Origin: Candidatus Hodarchaeota archaeon | GTDB lineage: Archaea > Asgardarchaeota > Lokiarchaeia > Sigyniarchaeales > SOKP01 | Assembly (NCBI GenBank): GCA_048886685.1 | Contig: JBHLKM010000011.1 | Location: 15,115-79,114 of the forward strand | Direction: 5' to 3' | DNA length: 64,000 bases | Part shown: positions 48,940 to 59,608 of the stretch, piece after piece | How positions within the stretch are numbered: the stretch's first letter is position 1 | Layout of the letters: every line of letters begins with the position of its first letter | Program-made: the position numbers and the translations under genes | Notes under the pieces: model-generated | What the model was told of the DNA's origin: nothing | Database searches by the model: none | Seen by the model: only the letters and a program-made list of their open reading frames with translations

Positions 48940-49854
48940 TTGAAAACATTGATTGTAGCACTGGGCGGGAATGCGCTAATCAAGTTTGGTGATGAAGGGA
49001 CAACAGAAGAACAATTTCGAAACTTACGAGTACCAATTAGTCAAATTGCGAAATTAGCAAAAGAATATAATATAATTATAACTCATGGTAATGGACCACA
49101 AGTAGGCAATCTCTTACTACAACAAGAAGCCACTCAAGCTGTTTCAAAAAGGCCATTACAAATTCTCGTAGCAGAGACGCAAGGTCAGATTGGTTTTATG
49201 ATAGAATCCACTCTAGATGAAGAATTAATGAAAATTGGTCTTGATGAAGAAAAACTCTTTCTTACTGTTCTTACATATGTGAAGGTGGACGCTGAAGACC
49301 CAGCATTTTTGAATCCAACTAAACCTATTGGCCCCGCTTATGATGTTCCAAAACCGGGATATGTGAAAACTGCAAAAGGTTATCGACGTGTAGTTCCATC
49401 GCCTAAACCTATTAAAATTTACCAGTGGCGTGAAATAAAAAAATTAATGGAATTAGGGAGTTGGATTGTAATCGCTTGCGGAGGTGGTGGTATTCCTGTA
49501 ATAAAAGAAAAAAAGAAATTATATGGGGTAGAAGCTGTAATTGATAAAGACCTAGCGAGCGCTAAATTAGCTGAACAAATTAATGCCGACATTTTATTAA
49601 TAGCAACCGATGTTGAAAAAGTTTCTCTTAATTATGGGACCTCAGACCAACAAGAATTAGACAAATTATCAATCTCTGAAGCAAAAAGGTATTTAGAAGA
49701 AAATCAATTCCCAGCAGGAAGTATGGGCCCAAAAATTCAAGCTGTAATAAATTTTTTGGAATCAGGTGGAGAAAAAGCAATAATAACGTCTATTGATAAA
49801 ATAATAGAAGCTTTAGATGGAACAGCGGGAACACACATTCATTCAAGTAATTAA
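48940..49854 (+). CDS. arcC: Carbamate kinase
   Basis: ALGGNAL, HGNGPQVG, PTKPIGP, RRVVPSP, EAVIDKD and GSMGPK. Confidence 0.95.
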   Translation: MKTLIVALGGNALIKFGDEGTTEEQFRNLRVPISQIAKLAKEYNIIITHGNGPQVGNLLLQQEATQAVSKRPLQILVAETQGQIGFMIESTLDEELMKIGLDEEKLFLTVLTYVKVDAEDPAFLNPTKPIGPAYDVPKPGYVKTAKGYRRVVPSPKPIKIYQWREIKKLMELGSWIVIACGGGGIPVIKEKKKLYGVEAVIDKDLASAKLAEQINADILLIATDVEKVSLNYGTSDQQELDKLSISEAKRYLEENQFPAGSMGPKIQAVINFLESGGEKAIITSIDKIIEALDGTAGTHIHSSN

Positions 49855-49901
49855 ATTACACAATAAAATTTTTGAAAATATGAACCTTATAAAGATTTGA
49901 A

Positions 49902-50282
49902 ATGAATGAAATTAAAAATCTTATTGAGGACTTAGGAATTGCGGCATTGGAGGCCAATACAAAAATTGCTAGGATCGCAGTTGTCTCTGATTCAGGAAAT
50001 ATAATTTTCCAGACAGAAAATTTTGATCTAACCAATCAAACAAAAATTATATCTGATGTCATTAAGGGTATCCGCTCTTTTGTTTTTAATAATATAGAAT
50101 TTTCGGTTGATGAAACTAACACTGAAGGAATTATAGGTACAAACGATGGTGGTATGGGGCATCTAATTTTCATTCCTTTTCAAGGAGGTGTGCTTGTAGC
50201 ATATGCCATGCCTAAAGCAGATCCAATGAAAGCATTATTATTTCTAAAAGATTATGCGAGTAAATTGAATGGGAAGATATAA
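49902..50282 (+). CDS. Asgard (Loki-type) profilin homolog
   Basis: 126 aa; IAVVSDSGNIIFQTENF, IGTNDGGMGH and AYAMPKADP match the recalled Loki profilin pattern (QTENW, IGTN..GKGH, Y..P.A.P). Confidence 0.8.
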   Translation: MNEIKNLIEDLGIAALEANTKIARIAVVSDSGNIIFQTENFDLTNQTKIISDVIKGIRSFVFNNIEFSVDETNTEGIIGTNDGGMGHLIFIPFQGGVLVAYAMPKADPMKALLFLKDYASKLNGKI

Positions 50283-50435
50283 TTTAAAATTTAATAAAAT
50301 TAGTAGAATTCAATAATATTCTTTTATTTTTGTTTCTCTCTAACGATAATATATATTGAAAAAATAACGATTATAGTTCCAAATAAATGGAATAAGGTAA
50401 AAACTTCGCCAAGAATTAACCTGGAAAACTGAAAT

Positions 50436-51695
50436 TTACTTGATCAATACTTTTTCAATAATTTCAATAGCCCAATCAATTTCTTCTCGAGTAATTACTA
50501 AGGGGGGGGCAAACCTAATTGTTGTAGAATGAGTATCTTTTGCTAAAATTCCATTGTCTTTTAATTCTTCAACAATTTGTCTTGCATCTTCAGTAAATTC
50601 TACAGCCACAAGTAGTCCTTTACCTCTTACATCTTTGATTGGAATTTTCGTTCTTTTTTCTGCAATTTCCTTAAGTCTCTTAATAAAGTAAGATCCCATC
50701 TCTTTTGATCGCTCAGCAAGATTCTCACGTAAATGAATGTCTATAGATTTCATTGCAACTGCACATGCTAAAGGATTTCCCCCAAATGTGCTTCCATGAG
50801 TTCCAGGTTTAATTACATCTGGTCCTATAATATCTTTAGTTGTAACACATGCAGAAACGGGATAAACGCCACCCCCCAGAGCTTTACCTAATAACAACAT
50901 GTCTGGTTTTACATTTTCATGATCACAGGCAAAAAGTTCACCAGTTCGACAAAAACCAGTTTGAATTTCATCTAACACCATCAAAATATTATATTTAGTA
51001 CAAATATCTCTAACTTTCTTCAAAAATCCTTCTGGAGGGACATTTACACCAGCTTCTCCTTGTATAGGTTCAAATAAAAAAGCAGCTACTTTTTCGGGTC
51101 CAGTTTCTAAAATAATATTCTCCAATTCTTCAGCGTCTCCGTAAGGTATCATAATAAATCCCGGAGTATATGGGCCAAAATTTCCATAATAACGAACTGC
51201 TGAAATATCGGAACTAAAGCCAACAATAGTTATTGTCCTACCATGAAAATTATTTCGACATACAATAATTTTAGCTTCATTTTTAGGGATTTTTTTCTTA
51301 ATATAACCCCAAGCTCTTGCCATTTTTAAACCTGTAGATACTGCTTCTGTTCCAGTGTTCATTGGAATGCTCATTATCCCAGAATTTGTTGGATCGTTGA
51401 TGTGTGGACCTACAACTTCAGCTAGCATTTTTAAAAAAGGTCCCATTAAATCATTATGAAAGGCTCGAGAAGTTAAGGTAACGATATCTGCTTGTTCTTT
51501 TAAAGCTGCGACAATTTCAGGATGACAATGACCAGTATTCTGGCTTGAATATGCTGATAAACAGTCCAAATATTTATTACCTTCTGGATCATACACCCAA
51601 ACTCCTTCTGCTCGGGAAATTACAACGGGAATAGGATGATAATTATGAGCACAATATTTCAAATCCATTTCAATATAATCTTTTGATGTTGGCAT
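50436..51695 (-). CDS. rocD: Ornithine--oxo-acid aminotransferase
   Basis: AHNYHPIP, LSAYS, LTSRAF, FHGRT, EPIQGEAG, DEIQTG, GKALGGG and HGSTFGGNP. Confidence 0.93.
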   Translation of the reverse strand: MPTSKDYIEMDLKYCAHNYHPIPVVISRAEGVWVYDPEGNKYLDCLSAYSSQNTGHCHPEIVAALKEQADIVTLTSRAFHNDLMGPFLKMLAEVVGPHINDPTNSGIMSIPMNTGTEAVSTGLKMARAWGYIKKKIPKNEAKIIVCRNNFHGRTITIVGFSSDISAVRYYGNFGPYTPGFIMIPYGDAEELENIILETGPEKVAAFLFEPIQGEAGVNVPPEGFLKKVRDICTKYNILMVLDEIQTGFCRTGELFACDHENVKPDMLLLGKALGGGVYPVSACVTTKDIIGPDVIKPGTHGSTFGGNPLACAVAMKSIDIHLRENLAERSKEMGSYFIKRLKEIAEKRTKIPIKDVRGKGLLVAVEFTEDARQIVEELKDNGILAKDTHSTTIRFAPPLVITREEIDWAIEIIEKVLIK

Positions 51696-51916
51696 GTTTT
51701 TTCATATCTCATTATTTTCTTCTAGTATTATTTAATTATATGAACATTTTCATTAAAAGTTTAAATGTTCTTTTCTTGGTCTTGGGAAGAAGATGGATTT
51801 TTTAGAAAAAAACAGCAATACATCGACAAAAAAGTTTAAATATATTTGGGTCAAAAAGAATAATTACAAAAAAATTTGCAAAAAAATTAAATCCAAAAAG
51901 AAGTGATCTATTTAAA

Positions 51917-54385
51917 ATGAAGAAAAAATTATGGATTTGGTTATTGTCAATAATAATATTGTTTCTAATTATTCCAATCACACCAACGAATGCATGTGGT
52001 TGGCGTTGGAATCGTAGAAAAATCACTATAATAAGAGATAACTATGGTGTTCCTCACATATATGCTAGAACAAAAGAAGGATTAGCATTTGGATGTGGTT
52101 ATGCTATGGCTCAAGATAGGCTATGGCAAGCAGATTTATATAGAAGAATTGCGTTTGGTAGCCTTGCTGAAATTAATCCTTTTGTATCTATAGATGATGA
52201 TTATGAGATTAGAACTTTGGGATATAGTAGGGAAGAACTCCTTGAAAATTTTGAGAATTGGGAACCAAAATATCCAAAGGCAAAACTTAAAGAAATGATG
52301 TTAGCCTATATAGAAGGTGTAAACCTTTACATTTCAGAAGCAACAACAGCGCTTGCTAAAGGAGATACATCTCTTATGCCCATGGAATATCTTGTATTTG
52401 ATGTACTACCAGAACCTTTTACAATTGAAGATAGTGTTGCGATTACAGTTATGATGGCTTGGCAATTTGGCTTATGTGGGGGAGGTGAGCTCGGTTTGGC
52501 TGCTAGTTACCTAGCTCTTGCCAGTAAGTATGGACCAGCCCTTGGAATGGAAATATTCAATGATCTTTACCCTCAAGTCGATCCAGGAGCTCCAACAACA
52601 ATTCCAAGCACTGGATGCTATGGTCCTAAATGTGGAGGTTATTATAGTATACCTTCGCTACCTGGCAATATTGGGAAAATATACAAGAAATATGAAGCCA
52701 CCAAGATGGGTCACGATCAGTTATTAGAATCAATGGGTATACCTACAAAATTTGGAAGTAATGCATGGATGGTTAATCCATGGAAATCTGAAACTGGAAA
52801 CGCAATGCAATTAGGAGGACCACAAATGGGACACTCAACTCCTCAAATTGTTTTGGAAGTTGGGTTGCATGGTGCTGGAATTGATGCTGTTGGTATGATG
52901 ATGCCCCAAGCACCGTCCATCTTGATTGGTGTAAGTCAACATGGTGCGTGGACCTCAACCACAGGTTCTTCAGATAACGCTGACACATACATTGAAATGT
53001 TGAATCCTGGTAATCCTTACCAATATTGGTACAATGGTGGATGGGTTGACATGGAAAAAAGAACAGAAATAATTTATGGTTATAAGAAATTATATAGTGA
53101 ACCAAGAGATATTTATCGTACGGTTCATGGCCCTATCATTGCTTGGGATTTAGATAACAATCTTTGTTATTCCATGAAAGTATCATGGTACAAGAATGAG
53201 TTAGCAGCTGAAGAGGGTTGGTCTCTCTTTCAACAAGCAGAAGATATCTGGGATATGCAAGAAGCTTGTAAACTCGTAGATCTAAGTCATAACTTCTATT
53301 GGGTAGATAGAAAGGGAAATATTGGATACTGGCACTCTGGTAAGTACCCAATTAAACCAACTTCTGGTGTTGGGGGGAGAATAATAGATGATAGGTTCCC
53401 TCTAAACGGAACAGGGGAAGAAGAATGGGTTGGTGTTACGGGTTTTGATGAGATGCCAAGGTGCATCAATCCTAAACAAGGTTATCTTGCCAATTGGAAC
53501 AACAAACCAATTGCTGATTGGCCATATCGAGAAGCTGATTGGGGCGAAGTTCATGGCGTTGGATGGATACAGGAGCAATTAGCAATGGGGGGTAAAATTT
53601 CATTTAAAGACATGGAAGATATCAACCGTGATACTGGATATGCACATTATGCTGGAAAGTATTTCCTTGATTTTCTCATAAATGCGGCTAAAGGTGATTC
53701 AAGTATTCCAGCCGAAGTTATAGATGTTCTTGAAGCATGGGATTGGCACTATAATGATGTAGAATATCCGAAATATCCTGATGATCCTGATCCTACCTAT
53801 GATGATCCCGGTCTGACTATCTTTGATAAATGGTTTGAAAAGGTTGATAATGCAGTATTTGATGATGATTTACCTCCTGGTGTAGGAGGCGGTGCTAGCA
53901 CACTTCTTCATGTTTTCGACGGAGTAGATTCAAAATTAGCACTTAATTTTGATTATCTTGGTGAGGAACCTCGTGATACTCTGATAGTTCGAGTGTTGAA
54001 AGAAGCTCTTGCTGAATTAGAATTAGAATATGGATCAAGTGATGTATCAGATTGGCTCACTGATGTTCGAATAACAAAACTTACATCGCAAGGAGCTCTA
54101 CCTACACCTGAAATGCATACTATGAACCGAGGAACTTATAATCACATAGCAGAAATGCCAAAATGGCGATGGTGGCATAGATGTAGGCGCCCTGATCCTA
54201 TTGCAGTAAACGTTATCCCTCCTGGACAAAGCGGATTCATAACCTTAATAGATGGTGTGCCTTATATAAGTCCTCATTGGAATGATCAACTTGAGTTATA
54301 TGACACCTGGACATATAAACCCGTACGTTATTGTTTTAGGGCTAACTGGAAAGTAAGAGAATCAGTTACGCGTCTACGGTATTAA
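51917..54385 (+). CDS. Secreted penicillin acylase family Ntn hydrolase
   Basis: Signal peptide; RDNYGVPHIY, AQDRLWQ, GSNAW (nucleophile Ser), RTVHGP, NWNNKP and PPGQSG. Confidence 0.92.
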   Translation: MKKKLWIWLLSIIILFLIIPITPTNACGWRWNRRKITIIRDNYGVPHIYARTKEGLAFGCGYAMAQDRLWQADLYRRIAFGSLAEINPFVSIDDDYEIRTLGYSREELLENFENWEPKYPKAKLKEMMLAYIEGVNLYISEATTALAKGDTSLMPMEYLVFDVLPEPFTIEDSVAITVMMAWQFGLCGGGELGLAASYLALASKYGPALGMEIFNDLYPQVDPGAPTTIPSTGCYGPKCGGYYSIPSLPGNIGKIYKKYEATKMGHDQLLESMGIPTKFGSNAWMVNPWKSETGNAMQLGGPQMGHSTPQIVLEVGLHGAGIDAVGMMMPQAPSILIGVSQHGAWTSTTGSSDNADTYIEMLNPGNPYQYWYNGGWVDMEKRTEIIYGYKKLYSEPRDIYRTVHGPIIAWDLDNNLCYSMKVSWYKNELAAEEGWSLFQQAEDIWDMQEACKLVDLSHNFYWVDRKGNIGYWHSGKYPIKPTSGVGGRIIDDRFPLNGTGEEEWVGVTGFDEMPRCINPKQGYLANWNNKPIADWPYREADWGEVHGVGWIQEQLAMGGKISFKDMEDINRDTGYAHYAGKYFLDFLINAAKGDSSIPAEVIDVLEAWDWHYNDVEYPKYPDDPDPTYDDPGLTIFDKWFEKVDNAVFDDDLPPGVGGGASTLLHVFDGVDSKLALNFDYLGEEPRDTLIVRVLKEALAELELEYGSSDVSDWLTDVRITKLTSQGALPTPEMHTMNRGTYNHIAEMPKWRWWHRCRRPDPIAVNVIPPGQSGFITLIDGVPYISPHWNDQLELYDTWTYKPVRYCFRANWKVRESVTRLRY

Positions 54386-54426
54386 AAACGAATATTAATA
54401 AACAAATATTTAATTAAAAATTAATC

Positions 54427-54443
54427 TTTTTTTTTTATCTTTT
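54427..54443 (+). terminator. Oligo-T terminator
   Basis: T10 tract about 40 nt after the acylase stop. Confidence 0.4.
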
Positions 54444-54721
54444 AAAGAAATTCATTCTAAGAACAATAAATTTTTTTTAAAAGCTTTTCTGTTTACAAGC
54501 TCACTAAAAGCAAAAGATACTAACATTTTAGCATAAGTTCCAAATCTCGTTAATTTATAATATTAAAGAACTCATTAAAGTTTTCGATATTTTAGATTCA
54601 AAACCTTTAAGAGAAATTAAACAAATGAACGTGATTTTCAGCGATCTAGCTGGAGCCGAATTTATACGGATAGGATGACAAAATAGTGTAAATGGTCAAA
54701 ATGTAATCGAGGGAAAATTTT

Positions 54722-55513
54722 TTAATCTAATTCTTTTCTTCTTACAAGTTCTTTTATAAAAAAAGATGCGACAATCTCAGCATAAGTACCGGGACCAAAA
54801 CCAGCGTCGTATCCTAATTCTTTTGCTAATTCATTACTTATTCTGGCACCACCACAGATGAGAATTACTTGATCTCTTATTCCTTCAGCCTCTAATAGTT
54901 CAACTAATTCGGTTAGGTTTTTCACATGAATATCTTTTTGTGTGACTGTTTGTGAAACTAATAAGACATCTGCTTTTAGTTCTATTGTTCTTTTGACAAA
55001 CTCTTCATTTGAGACTTGGCTTCCTAAATTATAAGTTTCTATCATTTCATATTGTTCAAGACCATGATGTCCAGTAAAACCTTTCATGTTAATAATTGAA
55101 TCAATTCCTACTGTATGAGCATCTGTTCCTGTTGATGCTCCAAGAATAACTAACTTACGTCCTATCTTTTCTTTTATGAAATTATTAATATCTTCTTTAG
55201 ACATAACATTTACTTCTACAGTTTCTACTTGAATTTTAGTATAATCGATTGTATGAATTGACTTTCCATAAATTACAAAAAATGTGAATCCTTTGTCTAG
55301 CGCAGAATGATATGCTATTTCAGGATCTTTCAACCCCATTTTTTTTACAAGTTCTTTAGCTGCTTCAATTGATTTTTCATCATTATCAACTGGAAGTGTA
55401 AAACTTAATTGTACCTTTCCATCGTTCATTGTATCTCCATAAGGTTTAATTCTTGTTATATCAAGATTCTTATCAAAAGTTTCCTTTCCAGTTGGATTTG
55501 GCCCGCCTCCCAT
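54722..55513 (-). CDS. kamE: Beta-lysine 5,6-aminomutase beta subunit (B12-binding)
   Basis: KPYGDTMNDGKVQLSFTLP, DAHTVG cobalamin motif, NMKG PLP-Lys, SQTVTQKD. Confidence 0.95.
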   Translation of the reverse strand: MGGGPNPTGKETFDKNLDITRIKPYGDTMNDGKVQLSFTLPVDNDEKSIEAAKELVKKMGLKDPEIAYHSALDKGFTFFVIYGKSIHTIDYTKIQVETVEVNVMSKEDINNFIKEKIGRKLVILGASTGTDAHTVGIDSIINMKGFTGHHGLEQYEMIETYNLGSQVSNEEFVKRTIELKADVLLVSQTVTQKDIHVKNLTELVELLEAEGIRDQVILICGGARISNELAKELGYDAGFGPGTYAEIVASFFIKELVRRKELD

Positions 55514-55514
55514 T

Positions 55515-57104
55515 TTAGTTCCCTCCTTTTGTTAATTCTCTAATCATAAGTTCGATAAATGGATTAAAATAATCTTTCTCTTTCTTAATTACACCATCTA
55601 ATCCTTTACCACCATCTAACGGTCTTTTAATTCCAGCGAAGATTCCTTTTTCAATAGTTCTAAACAAACCTTGTTCTTCGATTTCCTTTAATAAATCATA
55701 AGCCTTGTTAAGAACATTATCGACTCTTCTTTGCATTATTCCCCCACTCTTAAATACTATTTCTTCACTGATAGACTTCATATTATTGAACACATAACGA
55801 GCATTTTCAATAGATAATGCTCTATCTGACATAAAGGGCGTATGTATTGCTTCTGTTAACATACCAAGGAGGTGAATTTTTTGATTCGTCATAATAGTAA
55901 TCATATTAAATAAAGCATCTTGAATATGACCTTTGAATATATTTCCTGTCATATATTTAGTTGGAGGCATGTATTTAAGTGGAGCATTAGGAAAAATCTC
56001 TCGTGTCATTTGAGCTTGTGCTAATTCATATAAAAATCCGTTTTCTAAATCAGGATTCATCTCAAATGCATGACCTAATCCCATTTGTTCTTCTCTTAAT
56101 CCTGCGAGTAAAGCAAATTGTTCATTAATAAATTCAGAAGCAAGAACTGTGTGGGCTGCTTCAAATGCATCGGCTGTAGTTAAGTAGTTATCTTCTCCAG
56201 TATTTATGATTACACCAGCATAAGCATTTATCATTCTTGAAAAGTACTGGTCAATAATAGTTCTTTTCATATTAATATCACGGAATAAAATCCCATAAAG
56301 AGCATCGTTTAACATCATATCAACCCTTTCAAAAGCACCTATAGCAGCAATTTCCGGCATACATAAACCAGAGCAATAATTAGTTAGTCTTATATATCTC
56401 CCTAATTCTTCACTCACTTCATCTAAAGCCTTTCTCATAAGTCGAAAATTTTCTTGAGTAGCATATGTTCCGCCAAATCCTTCTGTTGTTGGACCAAAAG
56501 GAACATAATCGAGTAAACTTTGCACTGTAGATCTAATAACAGCAATTACATCTGCACCTTGTTTTGCTGCAGCTTGAGCTTGAATAATATCCTCATAAAT
56601 ATTTCCTGTGGCTACAATAACATATATTAAAGGCCCTTCCTTATCACCATATTTTTTAAGCAATTCTTCTCTCTTTTTTCTATTTTGAGATATTAGTAAT
56701 AATGATTCTTGAGCAATGAGATTTACAGTTGCTTCGATCTCGGATCGATCTTTTAATGGTAATTGGGTTAAATCTAATTCTTCCTTAGTTACTTTTTCTG
56801 CTATCTCTTGCGGTGAAAGACTTGTATGCAATATAGCATTACCAATATAAGTAGCAGCACCAACATTAAGACCATTTCCCTTTTTGATATTTTCAACAAC
56901 AACATTAGCTAAAGGAACATCAAATTCATCTACACCATCTATACCAAATAATCTGCAGACAGTTCTTTCAATTGTGGTAGTAGTATGTTGATCGATGAAT
57001 TTCTGGGTATCTAACGCAATGACTTTCGCTGCTTCTCTTGCTTTCTTAACAATTGAAAAATCTAAATTCAATTTACTTTTTCGGTTTATTTCTTTTTCCT
57101 CCAC
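55515..57104 (-). CDS. kamD: Beta-lysine 5,6-aminomutase alpha subunit
   Basis: YVIVATGNIYED, SLLDYVP, NYCSGLCMPE, NTGEDNYLTT and KYMPPTK. Confidence 0.95.
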   Translation of the reverse strand: MEEKEINRKSKLNLDFSIVKKAREAAKVIALDTQKFIDQHTTTTIERTVCRLFGIDGVDEFDVPLANVVVENIKKGNGLNVGAATYIGNAILHTSLSPQEIAEKVTKEELDLTQLPLKDRSEIEATVNLIAQESLLLISQNRKKREELLKKYGDKEGPLIYVIVATGNIYEDIIQAQAAAKQGADVIAVIRSTVQSLLDYVPFGPTTEGFGGTYATQENFRLMRKALDEVSEELGRYIRLTNYCSGLCMPEIAAIGAFERVDMMLNDALYGILFRDINMKRTIIDQYFSRMINAYAGVIINTGEDNYLTTADAFEAAHTVLASEFINEQFALLAGLREEQMGLGHAFEMNPDLENGFLYELAQAQMTREIFPNAPLKYMPPTKYMTGNIFKGHIQDALFNMITIMTNQKIHLLGMLTEAIHTPFMSDRALSIENARYVFNNMKSISEEIVFKSGGIMQRRVDNVLNKAYDLLKEIEEQGLFRTIEKGIFAGIKRPLDGGKGLDGVIKKEKDYFNPFIELMIRELTKGGN

Positions 57105-57139
57105 TTATCTCACTTTTTTTTAATAAAAATTCTAAAAAT

Positions 57140-58174
57140 TTAATCATTAACTCCAAGATTATAAACAGGAATTTTTAATTTCTCTTGTAGTGATTTTAAA
57201 AACTTATTTTTATCAAATTCGTATCCATACGGAGAAGTTGGGTTTATGGTTATTGCTATTATATTTATAGGATTTAAAACTTTTAAAATTCCACCCTTTT
57301 TGAGGAATTTTTTTGTTGTATTTTGACTTAAAAATAATTTTGTACCATCTTCCACTAAAAAAGTAATTCCTTTATACTTTTGCGTGGATTTCATCAAGCC
57401 TTCTAAGAGTTTATCTGTGACAGCACCATTTATTATTACATATTGAGAATCATCATCTAAATTTGCACTGATATTATAAGCAGAATCTAAAGCTGTTGCT
57501 ACATTTAAAGAATGTATCTTATTATTCTTATCAATAATACTCACTTTTGATTCATTTAAGAGAATTTTCGAGAGTTTTTTAATTTCTAAGTTTTTCTCTT
57601 GCTCTAAATTTAATAAATTAATAGTATGAGCTGTTAAATTAATCACTTCATTCATATTTCTTGATACAGAAGCGCCTGTTGAAAGAATTGTAGCATCCGA
57701 AATTAAAGGTGTAGCATATGCTCTCCTGTCAAATGCTCCATCCACTAAAATAAGATCACAACCTAACTTCCTTAATTCTAAACAAATTATCATTAAATGC
57801 TTATTTATTGAAGGTCCAGCTAATTCAATATAGCCTTCACTTAGGGCTTTTAAAATCATAATTTCCCCTAAAGGAGTATTGAATCCTGTCTTTTGAATTA
57901 TTTCAAATTTAATTTGGCTCTCTTCATAGCATTGTTGGGCTGTTACTACATAAGTTCCTTTCTTTACATATATCTGAGGTTTTGGCAATTCAGTAATAAC
58001 ATCGTACTTTTCACCATCTCTCCCTATTGAAGTAATCCCTAATGTAATTTGCTCTCCAATATTTCTTATAATAAAATTTAGTGTAGTTGTTTTACTCACA
58101 TTTTTAGCGAGCCCTATTATTGAGATTATTTTTTGTTGGTCAATTCTATTTAAAATCTCAGATAATAAGTCCAT
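57140..58174 (-). CDS. kamB: KamB-like aminomutase accessory/reactivase subunit
   Basis: GLAKNVSKTT P-loop-like motif, TSIGRDGE, ELAGPS, DGAFDR; lies between kamA and kamD. Confidence 0.72.
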   Translation of the reverse strand: MDLLSEILNRIDQQKIISIIGLAKNVSKTTTLNFIIRNIGEQITLGITSIGRDGEKYDVITELPKPQIYVKKGTYVVTAQQCYEESQIKFEIIQKTGFNTPLGEIMILKALSEGYIELAGPSINKHLMIICLELRKLGCDLILVDGAFDRRAYATPLISDATILSTGASVSRNMNEVINLTAHTINLLNLEQEKNLEIKKLSKILLNESKVSIIDKNNKIHSLNVATALDSAYNISANLDDDSQYVIINGAVTDKLLEGLMKSTQKYKGITFLVEDGTKLFLSQNTTKKFLKKGGILKVLNPINIIAITINPTSPYGYEFDKNKFLKSLQEKLKIPVYNLGVND

Positions 58175-58282
58175 TTTCTCCCCAAAAGAAATATTATACT
58201 CATTAGTAAATGATATAAAACGTAATTATTTAAATTTTGAATATAAATTATCAAATACAATACTAATTATTTGCTATACTAA

Positions 58283-59521
58283 TTATTTAGTAAGGTTTTT
58301 TCTACGAGATTTTCTAAGGAGATCTTCAGGTTCAATTGTTATTTTTTGACCACTTAATAATGCACTGACACCAATCTGTTTTCCACAATCTTCACAATGA
58401 CAATTGGGGAAATAATCGTCTGGTTCCTCATATGTAGTTATAACTCCTTCGAAATTTCTTAATACGACACGGGTATTTCCTTGAGAGATAGTATAATCCG
58501 GCATCACAGGAATTTTTCCTCCGCCCCCAGGAGCATCAACAACGAAAGTTGGAACACATAATCCCGAAGTATGACCTCTCAAACCTTCAATAATTTCAAT
58601 ACCTTGAGCTACACTGGTCCTAAAATGTCCAAGTCCAAGAGAAAGATCACATTGATAAACGTAATAAGGCCTTACTCTAATCTTTACTAATCCTTGCACT
58701 AATTTTTTCATTACATGAATACAATCATTTACGCCTCTTAATAAAACCGATTGATTGCCTAGAGGAATTCCAGAATCAGCTAACATTTCACACGCCTTCG
58801 TGGAATCTTCTGTAATTTCATTTGAATGGTTAAAGTGAGTATTAAACCAAATAGGTTGATACTTTTTTAGCATTTCACATAATTCTGGGGTGATTCGGAA
58901 CGGATTTGTCACCGGTGCTCTAGACCCAATGCGTATTATTTCTACATGAGGTATTTCTTTTAACTGCTTTAGAATTTCTTCCATTGTTTTATTAGAAATT
59001 AATAATGCATCACCACCAGATAAAAGTACATCCCTTATAGAAGGATTTTGTCGAATATATTCTATACATTCGTCTATTTGCGATTGTGGAGGTGCCATAT
59101 CATGATGTCCAGCAAACCTTCTTCTTGTACAATGTCTACAATACATCGAACAGTTTTCTGTAACTAATAATAATACTCTGTCTGGATACCGATGAGTTAA
59201 TCCTTCTACGGGAGAATCTACATCTTCACTTAAAGGATCTTCAAGGTCACCAGTATATCTTTCTAACTCGTGAATTGTTGGAATTGCTTGTTTTCTAATG
59301 GGATCATAGGGATCATCAGGATCGATTAATGATAAGTAGTAGGGCGTAATTGCCATCCTATACTCTTGTAGAATTCTTGGATCGTCTTCTTCTTTGGTTA
59401 GTTTGATATATTTTTTAAGTTCTTCCAAAGTTGTTATTCTATTTTTAACTTGCCATTTCCAATCATTCCAATCCTCATCACTTACATGAGAAAATATTTC
59501 CTTTCTTCTATTGACTTTCAT
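58283..59521 (-). CDS. kamA: Lysine 2,3-aminomutase (radical SAM)
   Basis: [36 protein letters not shown] and C-terminal CHCEDC. Confidence 0.96.
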   Translation of the reverse strand: MKVNRRKEIFSHVSDEDWNDWKWQVKNRITTLEELKKYIKLTKEEDDPRILQEYRMAITPYYLSLIDPDDPYDPIRKQAIPTIHELERYTGDLEDPLSEDVDSPVEGLTHRYPDRVLLLVTENCSMYCRHCTRRRFAGHHDMAPPQSQIDECIEYIRQNPSIRDVLLSGGDALLISNKTMEEILKQLKEIPHVEIIRIGSRAPVTNPFRITPELCEMLKKYQPIWFNTHFNHSNEITEDSTKACEMLADSGIPLGNQSVLLRGVNDCIHVMKKLVQGLVKIRVRPYYVYQCDLSLGLGHFRTSVAQGIEIIEGLRGHTSGLCVPTFVVDAPGGGGKIPVMPDYTISQGNTRVVLRNFEGVITTYEEPDDYFPNCHCEDCGKQIGVSALLSGQKITIEPEDLLRKSRRKNLTK

Positions 59522-59608
59522 AATAATAAATTAAAACTCTAATTCGAATCTTATTAAGATAAAGAATTCATAAACTAAAAATTTTGCTTAAATTGATGAT
59601 TTATATCA

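Noticed and set aside
54480-54720. Interrupted + strand frame (..KELIKVFDILDSKPLREIKQMNVIFSDLAGAEFIRIG*)
   Set aside because: No start and no recognisable family, so it cannot be supported as a remnant.
58283-59521. kamA as the osmolyte gene ablA or the EF-P modification gene epmB
   Set aside because: No ablB acetyltransferase or epmA is present, and the full catabolic kam/kdd/kce context is.
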